Assembly (NCBI GenBank): GCA_019057385.1
Contig: JAHQJS010000001.1
Coordinates: forward strand, 1 to 51,724
DNA length: 51,724 nucleotides
DNA from: Candidatus Borrarchaeum weybense
GTDB taxonomy: Archaea; Asgardarchaeota; Sifarchaeia; Borrarchaeales; Borrarchaeaceae
Reading direction: 5' to 3'
Shown in pieces: positions 19,117 to 27,260 of the stretch. The notes under the pieces were generated by a model. It was not told the DNA's origin and ran no database searches. It was given only the letters and a program-made list of their open reading frames with translations. A program made the translations under genes and the position numbers. The number at the start of each line of letters is the position of its first letter. The first letter of the stretch is position 1.

Positions 19117-19237
19117 GTTGATGGCGGCTGAGCAGAAATTAGACACGCACTCAGGTATGGTCAGACATATAGCGAAACATGGTGCTTCCGGAAGCCCACA
19201 AAGTAACTCAGGTAGGTGAGAGACCTATCCATCAGCA
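19117..19237 (+). ncRNA. tRNA-like structured RNA candidate (8-bp terminal stem, 5-bp T-like arm)
   Basis: GTTGATGG/CCATCAGC; GTAGG-TGAGAGA-CCTAT; internal hairpins CTGAG/CTCAG and GCTT-CCGG-AAGC. Confidence 0.5.
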
Positions 19238-19255
19238 ATTTACTAAGGAGGACTA

Positions 19256-19450
19256 ATGGGTCTTCAAAGAATCAGAATATATGATAAAGAAACAGATGAG
19301 GAGATGTATATCATTGACGAGTTTTGGTTGGTAGAAGACAATGATAAAGCATCTTTCTTTGTAACTCTATCCAGATCCGCTGCAGGAAAAGTTGCGATAC
19401 TTTCCTATGATAAGATGTGCCATGGGTATAAAATTGGCCTCGTCGTCTAG
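19256..19450 (+). CDS. small hypothetical protein whose 3' end overlaps tRNA-Glu
   Basis: SD TAAGGAGG; the stop TAG lies in the tRNA D-arm. Confidence 0.6.
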   Translation: MGLQRIRIYDKETDEEMYIIDEFWLVEDNDKASFFVTLSRSAAGKVAILSYDKMCHGYKIGLVV

Positions 19451-19507
19451 TGGTTAGGATGCCGGACATTCAATCCGGTGACGCGAGTTCGAGTCTCGCC
19501 GAGGCTA
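19436..19507 (+). tRNA. tRNA-Glu(TTC) with non-canonical A33
   Basis: GGCCTCG/CGAGGCT; CCGGA-CATTCAA-TCCGG; 4-nt variable loop; T-loop TTCGAGT. Confidence 0.85.
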
Positions 19508-19514
19508 TTGCTAT

Positions 19515-19588
19515 GGGCCAGTAGCTCAACTGGGAGAGCGGGGCACTTGCAATGCCTTGGTTGTGGGTTCGAGTCCCACCTGTGTCCA
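19515..19588 (+). tRNA. tRNA-Ala(TGC)
   Basis: G3:U70 pair, A73, GGGCA-CTTGCAA-TGCCT; one bulged T in the acceptor 3' strand. Confidence 0.85.
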
Positions 19589-19590
19589 TT

Positions 19591-19662
19591 GCGGGCTTGG
19601 TGTTAACGGCAGCATATCTGGCTTCCAACCAGAAGGTACGAGTTCGAATCTCGTAGCCCGCT
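19591..19662 (+). tRNA. tRNA-Gly(TCC)
   Basis: GCGGGCT/AGCCCGC, U73, TCTGG-CTTCCAA-CCAGA. Confidence 0.95.
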
Positions 19663-19663
19663 T

Positions 19664-19736
19664 TGCGGAGTGGAGCAGTGGTTAGCTTGTCGGTCTCATA
19701 AGCCGAAGGTCGCGGGTTCAAATCCCGCCACCGCTA
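19664..19736 (+). tRNA. initiator-type tRNA-Met(CAT)
   Basis: 1:72 mismatch, GGAGCAG D-arm, TCGGT-CTCATAA-GCCGA (only two of the three GC pairs), TTCAAAT. Confidence 0.85.
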
Positions 19737-19738
19737 TT

Positions 19739-19817
19739 GGGTAGTCGGATTGGCGACCAAAGCAGGCTGTAAACCTGTGCCCGAAAGGGCTTGGCGGTTC
19801 GAATCCGTCACTGCCCA
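19739..19817 (+). tRNA. tRNA-Tyr(GTA), bacterial type with long variable arm and short D-arm
   Basis: GGGTAGT/ACTGCCC, GCAGG-CTGTAAA-CCTGT, variable arm GCCC-GAAA-GGGC. Confidence 0.85.
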
Positions 19818-19821
19818 TTAT

Positions 19822-19895
19822 CAGGGTGTGGGGCAGCCTGGTAGCCTACTCGGCCTGGAACCGAGATGTCGTTGGTTCAAATCCAACCACCCTGA
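19822..19895 (+). tRNA. tRNA-Pro(TGG) with C33 and A37
   Basis: CAGGGTG/CACCCTG, CTCGG-CCTGGAA-CCGAG, TTCAAAT. Confidence 0.88.
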
Positions 19896-20042
19896 CTTTT
19901 ACTGGGCACGTAGCTGAGACGGAGGCTTCAACTGGGTAGTCCCAGTATTTGGTGGGCCAGAGATAACATTTAAGGTAGCCGTTGGTCTTGTATTTTTAGC
20001 CATCATCGCGATAGGTATACTCAAAGCACTTAAGGAATAGAC

Positions 20043-20603
20043 ATGCGAACATATAAGATAACAATGAACGATGGATATGCCTGCAAAGTAAAATTCCCTG
20101 GTGCCGACAATGCTGAAGAGGTTATGCACTGGCTAAATACTCATTCCAGTGCCAGCACTCTTTTTATAAGCGTTGGGAATTCAAAAGTTATCAACGTTCG
20201 ATACATCAAGCGCGTTAAGAAAGTTTGGGAATTTCCATCATTAACTTGGCGGCAATGGCTATCATTATCTGGATTACTTTTTGTAGTTCTTACCATTATT
20301 GCCATCTTCTGCCTTTCAGGATGTTCCATACCAGAGCAGCCAATAACACAGCCTCCAAAAATGCCCGATGGTAAATGGGTCAGCTGCAGCTGGTTTCATA
20401 ATGATTGTGGAGGAGCAATATCAAATCTGGGTCGATTTGAAACGGGTGTTGGCGTAATGAATCAGAAGTTGAACAGCGATGCATATAAGCACGAGCGATA
20501 TTATCAATTCATGTTTAGAGAACCTGCCTTATCGCCTGAAGAATTTCAAATCAATAAGAAGGTTAAAAGTTACATTCTTGGAAAGTATGGAGTGCTGCCA
20601 TGA
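20043..20603 (+). CDS. membrane/lipoprotein-like hypothetical protein
   Basis: Internal hydrophobic helix ending in lipobox-like LSGC. Confidence 0.55.
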   Translation: MRTYKITMNDGYACKVKFPGADNAEEVMHWLNTHSSASTLFISVGNSKVINVRYIKRVKKVWEFPSLTWRQWLSLSGLLFVVLTIIAIFCLSGCSIPEQPITQPPKMPDGKWVSCSWFHNDCGGAISNLGRFETGVGVMNQKLNSDAYKHERYYQFMFREPALSPEEFQINKKVKSYILGKYGVLP

Positions 20604-20875
20604 ACAAAGAGAAAGTAATAGAAGCCGCCAAAAATCTATTGTCCTTCCAGCTTGAAGCGAAAGTTGATAAGAAACGCTTTCCTGAATTCTTCGGTTTAGG
20701 ATATGAGGAAGGCGACGAAAATTTCCCATTCTTTACTGAAGCCAGCCTTTATGGACTTTTTGGTAAAGAAGATGCTCGTTCAATATTAGGTTTGCTTCAC
20801 TGGCTACTCAAAGCTTGTGATATTGATATGGATGAGTTGCAGGAACAAGTTTGGAACGAATCTCAAAAAGGATAA
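20600..20875 (+). CDS. hypothetical protein
   Basis: ATGA overlap; SD GGAG. Confidence 0.6.
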   Translation: MNKEKVIEAAKNLLSFQLEAKVDKKRFPEFFGLGYEEGDENFPFFTEASLYGLFGKEDARSILGLLHWLLKACDIDMDELQEQVWNESQKG

Positions 20876-20878
20876 TCA

Positions 20879-21331
20879 ATGTATATATGCATGTGCAAAG
20901 ATTGTGGCCAAAGATTCGCCGCCCCGGACTTTGTTAGAATAGACGATTTGCTGGGCGACTGGGAAGCACATAGAATATGCCCACATTGTAAATCTGCTAA
21001 CTGGATAGAAATAGCTGAGATAATACTAACCAATAATGATAAAAAAGCTATCATAGATGCGAAACATTATGAGGAGGCGAAAAAGTATACTTGGTGGCTC
21101 AAGAGGGTTGCCAAAAATAACTACTATGTTGCTACTACTCTTCCCAATAAGAAAACTCTGTATCTACATCAACTTATCACAAAACCAGAAAAGGGAATGG
21201 AAGTGCATCATGACAATGAAGATGTATTTGATAATCGGGAAGAAAATTTAATTGTGATGACCTCAATTGAGCACAAGGCTTTACATCGTGAGAGAAGGAA
21301 AAACAAAAATAAGGATAAAGAATTCTTTTAG
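20879..21331 (+). CDS. HNH endonuclease with N-terminal zinc ribbon
   Basis: CKDC..CPHC then TLYLHQLI..EVHHDNEDVFDNREENL. Confidence 0.75.
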   Translation: MYICMCKDCGQRFAAPDFVRIDDLLGDWEAHRICPHCKSANWIEIAEIILTNNDKKAIIDAKHYEEAKKYTWWLKRVAKNNYYVATTLPNKKTLYLHQLITKPEKGMEVHHDNEDVFDNREENLIVMTSIEHKALHRERRKNKNKDKEFF

Positions 21332-21342
21332 GATGCGATCAT

Positions 21343-21463
21343 GCGGGCAGCGGGTATATGCAGATATCCGGAAATAATAGGTGCTGACATCTCGACCGAC
21401 GTCAGGCTGCGGACTGCAAGCTAAAGCCAAGCACAGTCGAGATAGTAACAGACCTCTGCCTGC
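21343..21463 (+). ncRNA. structured RNA candidate (three-way junction)
   Basis: GCGGGCAG/CTGCCTGC, CGGGTAT/ATATCCG, AGGT/ACCT, ATCTCGAC/GTCGAGAT; GC-rich intergenic region. Confidence 0.5.
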
Positions 21464-21578
21464 TTTATTGAATAGGTGATAAAATATATTATAAAGTATG
21501 GACAATTGGAAATGGTGGAAGAGCTGGCCACGTAAACTATATTTGGGTCGACTACAAATCAAAAAATAGGAGTTCAAT

Positions 21579-21815
21579 ATGCTCGAGCAGTTTAGAAAAG
21601 TTGTGGAAGAAGAATTTTCCGGGCTTCCATTGAATGATGATGAATTCCGAGTAGCTGAGAAGATATGGATTAGAGCATTGCAGTGGATGTTTGGAAATGC
21701 CGACGGCTCTTGTGGAGTGCGCCGATGTATCCCAATGGAATCTCTCAGGATGGAGTTGGGAATAGAGCCTTATGATAAGCAGGAAAAGCAGGACGACTTC
21801 GATCCATTGTATTAG
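21579..21815 (+). CDS. hypothetical protein
   Basis: SD AGGAG. Confidence 0.55.
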   Translation: MLEQFRKVVEEEFSGLPLNDDEFRVAEKIWIRALQWMFGNADGSCGVRRCIPMESLRMELGIEPYDKQEKQDDFDPLY

Positions 21816-21900
21816 CCATGATAAGCAAAAGACCTTACCACACAGTTTAACTAATTGTAGCAGGAGTGTAGAAGATTACAAGAGGGTGTATTAGAGGGTT

Positions 21901-22152
21901 TTGAATATGGAAAAAGAAAATGATTATCAAATAACTATCGATATGCTTATGAGCAAGGAAGAGCAAACAAGAATTGGAATCAATCCTGATGATGTAGAGC
22001 ATGAGCGGGATTTCAATCAAGTGCTTTGCCGCATCCTTGAGGAGTATGATAACTTGCGCAAGCGACTGGAAACTCTTGGAACCGACATAGTAATGGCACA
22101 GAATCTACACGACGTACCTCATTCGATATGTCCGCTTAACATGTTTACTTGA
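21901..22152 (+). CDS. hypothetical protein
   Basis: 83-aa ORF in the gene run. Confidence 0.5.
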   Translation: MNMEKENDYQITIDMLMSKEEQTRIGINPDDVEHERDFNQVLCRILEEYDNLRKRLETLGTDIVMAQNLHDVPHSICPLNMFT

Positions 22153-22505
22153 AGGTGATGAGTATATATGCGATGTTTCAAAATGTGACTTTGATAGAGT
22201 TTTTCCATCAAGAAGCTATACCCAAGCTTGCAACTCAACGTTCCTTCAAAGAGAATTGGGTTTGTTAACGGTTGATTATGAGACGGGAGAAAAAATTGAA
22301 CCCAGAAGTGATAGAGTGCTTCGTGATACTTTAGGTGTTCATGTTATGTGCAATGGTTGGGTGGAAATTAAACAAGTTTCACCAGATTGAAATGTTTTGC
22401 GTTGTAGAGCTTGCGGATTGAGAAAGTATTTCCCAGCTACTATTGATATCAACATTTATGATAGAGTAGCTATTTGGAAACATCTAATAACATATTTTAA
22501 AGCAG

Positions 22506-22630
22506 TAAGTTAACCAATACCGATGTCATTATGCTACGCCCGAGCGTGGGAAGCAAAGAATGCGGACTGAGCGGCCAGCAGAGGTGAGTCCGTTTCTAAG
22601 GCTGGAAATCCCATCATTGGTATTAACTTA
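22506..22630 (+). ncRNA. structured RNA candidate
   Basis: TAAGTT/AACTTA and AATACCGATG/CATTGGTATT closing stems; inner TACGC/GCGTG and GCGGACT/AGTCCGT. Confidence 0.45.
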
Positions 22631-22639
22631 GGAGAAAAA

Positions 22640-22942
22640 ATGAGCAATAGAATAGAAGAGTTTTATCTAGCAAATCGGCACAATGAGATAGATGATGGAA
22701 GGGCGATTCTCATTCAATCCAGCCGGAGAGATGGAGATTGTCCAATAGTACGCGTAGATTTCAATATGGTGCACATTCCTGTTCTCTGGAAAAAAGGAGA
22801 AGAGTATCGAGTATTTCCTGTAGCATTACTCGACAAAGTATATCAACTAAGAAAGAAGAAAAAGAATAAATCTGTTGTGGTATTTTGGGAACAAGGAATA
22901 CCAGTAGATAAAAAAGTAGGTGATGCCTTGACCGAGGGATAA
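22640..22942 (+). CDS. hypothetical protein
   Basis: SD AGGAG. Confidence 0.6.
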   Translation: MSNRIEEFYLANRHNEIDDGRAILIQSSRRDGDCPIVRVDFNMVHIPVLWKKGEEYRVFPVALLDKVYQLRKKKKNKSVVVFWEQGIPVDKKVGDALTEG

Positions 22943-23248
22943 AATGGAAGACTACACAAAAATCAACATACTAATAGACAGAGTGGATAAGCTGGAAAAG
23001 AGGGTGGAAAGACTTGAAAGAACAAAGAAACCAAGAAGTACAAGAAAAAGGATAAGAAGGAATAATGGCGAAAACTCATAAACAAGAGCTACTTGACTTG
23101 GCCTCAGATTTTGAAAAAGCTGAGGTGGTTGCTTTGGAGATAGATCCTGATGATAGGGCTCCAACAACCTGTGCGGAACTACCCAAAAAATATGTAGATT
23201 GGGTTGTTAAAGCATTAAGAGACAGTGCTGAAAAAACATAATACGAAA

Positions 23249-23275
23249 GGTGTTGGCCATCCATCAACCAACACC
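23249..23275. terminator. hairpin at the convergence of + and - transcription
   Basis: GGTGTTGG/CCAACACC 8-bp stem, followed by TTTCGTATT on the - strand. Confidence 0.5.
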
Positions 23276-23591
23276 CCCCGATGAGAAAGTAAGAGAGAAA
23301 TCTTATAACTCTTGTCCACTTTCTTGTTTACATCCTTCCGGAAATACAAAATTCACTTCCTTAGGGATAACAACAAAATCAATGCCACATTTATGCAATC
23401 CCTGGAGACAATCTGCTGCAAATTCATCTCACATAAAGGGCAGTGAGTTGAAGTACTGTAATAGCCCCAGTGGATTTTCATAACACCGCATTTGAAACAA
23501 TTGTCATTCAACTTCCACCAGAACCTACGAAGTAGAATAATCTTCTCTTGTATACCGTCCTTCTGCTTATCCATTGTTAGCCCCCCCCCCC

Positions 23592-24375
23592 TTAAAAGAA
23601 TGATTGGTCACTTTTATACTTTGATGGTCGATGAATAGCTTCATCTTTCAACAGTTGTTCGTAAAAATATATGTTAACCTTCTGCCTCTCAAGTAAACTG
23701 GTCTGAAGCTTCTCCAAATCAACTCCCGCCATATGGAAATATTGGTCTATCCTCTCAACCACTTCTTTAGCAAAGGCGATTGAATAATGTGGATGCTTCG
23801 AAGGTTTATATAATGAAACATCTGATACTGATACTATAAGAGGGGGAGTACAGTAATCAAATTTCTTTTTTGCAATATCGTATTTCGGCACCATGACGTT
23901 GCCGTATGCTGCGTGCTTCAACCAGGTGGTACTGTCAACACTGAACCATGAATATTTCATCATCAGATTGAAAGAAGTTACGGCGAATCCGTGAACTTTA
24001 ATCTTCGGATTGGCTTTCCGGATATACTCAAATGCTTGGTCCCAGTGAAGAAACAAATTGTTGCGTTGTAACTCCACCGGCTACACCTCCAATACCAATG
24101 TATTCATAGTTATCTACGTATTTACGTAACCACTTAAAATCTTCACCATAGTGGAATACAGGAATAGGAACAGGAATAGGAACAGGAATAGGAACAAGAC
24201 CATTGTCCTCCATATACCTCTGATTTTCCCAGGATTCCTCAGCAAGGCTTCTATCAATCAAAGGATAGATTATGCCCGAAAGAAAGCTGGAGCTGTTCAG
24301 TTCTTTGCCGACTGGTCATTTAATAAGAACGCAGATGTGAGAAAATATCTGGATGAACAGTAAAGGTCTGTTCAT
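23592..24375 (-). pseudogene. dpdA: DpdA/tRNA-guanine-transglycosylase-like protein, disrupted by inversion-deletion, repeat expansion and frameshift
   Basis: MNRPLLFI start; SWENQRYME..PIPVFHYGE..YIGIGG; KVHGFAVTS..WFSVDSTTW..AAYG. The DSG motif is missing; frameshift at ~24042. Confidence 0.7.
24158..24196 (-). repeat. 12-bp tandem repeat x3 encoding (PIPV)3
   Basis: ACAGGAATAGGA x3 on the + strand. Confidence 0.9.
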
Positions 24376-24539
24376 CTTTCTTTTCCGTCTTGACGGTAGT
24401 TCCCGTCTAATTCTCTCTTCTTCCAGAAAGTTTCAAGAGTAGTTGCTCTACCTTTCTTTAATTGTTCCAAGCAATTCACCTTACACACAGTACTTCCTGC
24501 TGTAAGAAAATTTGCTAGATGTATATATGTTGTTGACAT
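24372..24539 (-). CDS. small hypothetical protein coupled to the dpdA-like gene
   Basis: 55-aa ORF MSTTYIHLANF..; ATGA overlap. Confidence 0.45.
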   Translation of the reverse strand: MSTTYIHLANFLTAGSTVCKVNCLEQLKKGRATTLETFWKKRELDGNYRQDGKER

Positions 24540-25163
24540 TAGTTCCTTACTTTCTTCTTAGGACGAAAACGATTTCTCTTTAGATACCTCTCTTTAGCTT
24601 CTTCAGCAGCTGTAATAGTATTCCATTTGGAAACACCATTTATCTCAACATTTGTACCATTGACTGAAATGTAGAAATGTTTACACAGTGGCCATCTGCT
24701 AATCTTAATCTCATCACATCCAAGAGTAGGAAATACAAAATCTTTGTTAAAGCAGGTTTCGAAGATATGTTCATCCACACCTTTATGGTCATTCCTGAGG
24801 GAAGTATGTCTGCATCCTCCAACAGCATTCACATAAACTTCACCTTCCTTCAAGAATAACTCAACCTTAGTTTTATTAAGTGTGGTCTAGATAGTTTATA
24901 CAATTAGGCATTGACATCTGTTTCTTTCCGTCCTTCTCCATCTTCATCTGAAGAAGAGTTTTCGCAACATTGCCCATAGTAGTTCGACAGTGACCCATCT
25001 TATAATCAGGTGAATTTTTTACATCCATCCAAGCATGGGCTATCAGACTACCTGAATACTCAAAGTATGCCATCATCTGTTCCCACTTTGTAATGTAACA
25101 ATACCAACCCGAAGTTTGCTTATTGTCACCGTTTATCCAACCTACTCTATGAAACTCAAACAT
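24539..25163 (-). pseudogene. hypothetical protein split by a frameshift at ~24880
   Basis: NYLDHT* continues as LNKTKVELFLKEGEVYVNAVGG in a shifted frame at CACAC. Confidence 0.55.
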
Positions 25164-25323
25164 TATGTCCCCCTTGTATCTGGATTTCTTCTTTCCAGAG
25201 AATCTCTCCGGTTGCTATCACCTCCAAGTTACTGTTAAAATCGATTTGCAAGCAGTAAAGCTTTCCTTTCTCGAGCGTGCTAAGTCCAGCGATGCCTTTT
25301 AGAAAATCTCTTCTTTCGAACAT
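25156..25323 (-). CDS. small protein with twin-arginine motif
   Basis: MFERRDFLKGIAGL; SD AGGAG. Confidence 0.5.
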   Translation of the reverse strand: MFERRDFLKGIAGLSTLEKGKLYCLQIDFNSNLEVIATGEILWKEEIQIQGGHNV

Positions 25324-25331
25324 GTTCTCTC

Positions 25332-26480
25332 CTACGGCAATACAATTGGGAATTCTGCAGTCTTTCCAAATTCAGGATGGATGATAAAAAAGGACTGCTC
25401 AGGTGGACCAAAGTCAGCTTTGATTGACTCCGCAAACTCGTTATATCCAATAGCTGATCCATTGATAACATAGTCTTTACTTGTTTCTCGAGTATGCCAA
25501 TGAGCCAAAACATCCAAGTCTGCATGCCGAGCTTTGTTCCATTGTGCAACAGCTTTTCTTAGGGGAATATGAATTCCACCGACGCCTCCTCGATATGATA
25601 TTCTGTTGCCGTGATGGAATCGTATATCTCTTCCGAACACGGTTAACCAATTGAAGTATCCTTCAGGCAACTTAAACTTAATGCGCGTTTCGCCCTTCAT
25701 AGCGAACCACTTAGCAAGGAACTGATATAGTAACCATTCATAGGTCTTTTTGTGGGATTTTTTGACCTCATTTTTCTTGGTTATCCTAGAATGGTTTCCA
25801 CAGCAGCAGACCACAGTTATCTCTTCAAGATCCCCCTCGTCAAGCAGGAATTGCAAACCATTGAGCCACAATTCAAAAGCGAAAACTATAGCCTCTGGAG
25901 GAGTCATCGAACTGGCTTCCATGAGTTCATCATGTATCCAGCCGGATATGAAATCGCCAAGAGCTCCGATAACTAGCTTATTAATTACTGACATGCTTCG
26001 GCATCCGTTGAGCAATTTTAAGGCGTATCTAAAAAACATTTCAATACGCCGCTCGGCGATTTCGGTGTTATACTCATTTACTCCACCAATCTCATCTGGA
26101 TCAACTTCTTCATCAATATGCCAATCACTTCCATTGAGAAAGGCAATAACTTCTTTTTTCACAGAAGGTAATATCTTCCAATTCGCTGGCAGAAGAATTT
26201 TACTTAACTCCGTAAGATGTTGATATTGATTAAGCTCTTTCTGAAGATCCGCTATTTGACCAAGGGAAGCTTGGTATCTTGTTTTCTGCTCTTTGAGCTG
26301 ATGTTTGATAGTTTTCAAATCTAAATCATGATCTACTTTTCTGTTATTAGCTTTCGCTATCGTTTTTCTTAGTCGATAAACAGTTGTCCTACTAACACCA
26401 TACTTCTTTTCCAATTCCTTTGGGTTGATTCCATTAACTAAATCATTTGTTATTGACTGCTTTACCGATTCTTCAATCAT
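25332..26480 (-). CDS. calcineurin-like metallophosphoesterase with N-terminal HTH and coiled coil
   Basis: SDWH, LGDFISG.IH, GNHSR, FHHG, AHWH motifs; KYGVSRTTVYR HTH. Confidence 0.85.
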   Translation of the reverse strand: MIEESVKQSITNDLVNGINPKELEKKYGVSRTTVYRLRKTIAKANNRKVDHDLDLKTIKHQLKEQKTRYQASLGQIADLQKELNQYQHLTELSKILLPANWKILPSVKKEVIAFLNGSDWHIDEEVDPDEIGGVNEYNTEIAERRIEMFFRYALKLLNGCRSMSVINKLVIGALGDFISGWIHDELMEASSMTPPEAIVFAFELWLNGLQFLLDEGDLEEITVVCCCGNHSRITKKNEVKKSHKKTYEWLLYQFLAKWFAMKGETRIKFKLPEGYFNWLTVFGRDIRFHHGNRISYRGGVGGIHIPLRKAVAQWNKARHADLDVLAHWHTRETSKDYVINGSAIGYNEFAESIKADFGPPEQSFFIIHPEFGKTAEFPIVLP

Positions 26481-26520
26481 GAATACCTCCTACAACCTTT
26501 CAACCATAAGTCTATCTTTT

Positions 26521-26550
26521 ATTATACCATTCCCACTTATTATTATACAA
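26521..26550 (-). promoter_or_regulatory. sigma70-type promoter with extended -10
   Basis: TTGTAT-18 nt-TATAAT with TG-G before the -10, upstream of SD AGGAGG of the phosphoesterase gene. Confidence 0.65.
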
Positions 26551-26576
26551 ATTGGTGTCCGCTACATTAGAATTTT

Positions 26577-27260
26577 TCAGATGAAATGGCTCGCCCTTCT
26601 AATTCTTATCACTCCGTTTCGTTTAACTACTCTTGGATTTGAAGATGGGTTTTTATCACCTCCTCGAAACTTAGCCTTTTTAATATGTCTATTTTTTTCT
26701 TGCCGAGATGCTTGAAAGTGGCGAATGACAGGATTTTTCACATCACTCATATAATCAAAAATTGTGCAATACTCTTCTGGAAGGAGATGGAACTTATAAC
26801 TTCGCAGCACGTTTTTCAAGGCCACTTGATCCCACAATTTAGAATCCCTCCCACATTCAGCAATCCATTTACTAACAATCTCTTTTGTCCTTTCTGTATT
26901 CTTAAGAAATATAGTACCGCTTAACATCTCAGGCGGATGATTTTTTCTTCTTCGCTTAGTATGGTCAAGTAGATGTACGGCAATATTTACATCCGGTTCA
27001 CTGTCCAACTTATTAAAATATTCAGGATATCTACAGAATACTGCATCGGCATCGACATAAATTATAGAATGAGGATGATGCTTCTCCAACATTTGTTGAA
27101 GGAAGGTGGGCTTGTACTGCATATTCTTATACCAATCACCAAGAGGATTTATAGGCGTAACATCATAAGGAATGTTAAACACCTGAAGTGATTTTATTAA
27201 CTCCTTGGAGTGTTCTTCATACGCTGAGTTTTTAGTATAAAATGCAACAACTTTCCACAT
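26577..27260 (-). CDS. nucleotide-diphospho-sugar transferase (GT-A fold, GT77-like)
   Basis: YKPTFL, IIYVDADA (DxD), SGTIFL, WDQ, IRHFQASR. Confidence 0.8.
   Translation of the reverse strand: MWKVVAFYTKNSAYEEHSKELIKSLQVFNIPYDVTPINPLGDWYKNMQYKPTFLQQMLEKHHPHSIIYVDADAVFCRYPEYFNKLDSEPDVNIAVHLLDHTKRRRKNHPPEMLSGTIFLKNTERTKEIVSKWIAECGRDSKLWDQVALKNVLRSYKFHLLPEEYCTIFDYMSDVKNPVIRHFQASRQEKNRHIKKAKFRGGDKNPSSNPRVVKRNGVIRIRRASHFI

Noticed and set aside
19436-19507. Opal suppressor or Sec tRNA reading TCA
   Set aside because: The 7-nt loop centres on TTC; the D-arm and short variable loop are Glu-type.
21343-21463. 5S rRNA
   Set aside because: Similar size and three-way junction, but the arm lengths are reversed and the conserved 5S loop sequences are absent.
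22545-22615. Hammerhead ribozyme (CTGA..GAAA)
   Set aside because: The core reads CTGAGCG rather than CTGANGA, and no UH follows the putative stem III.
16078-24196. CRISPR array or DGR repeats
   Set aside because: The repeats found are short head-to-tail coding repeats without spacers; no reverse transcriptase or TR/VR pair was noticed.
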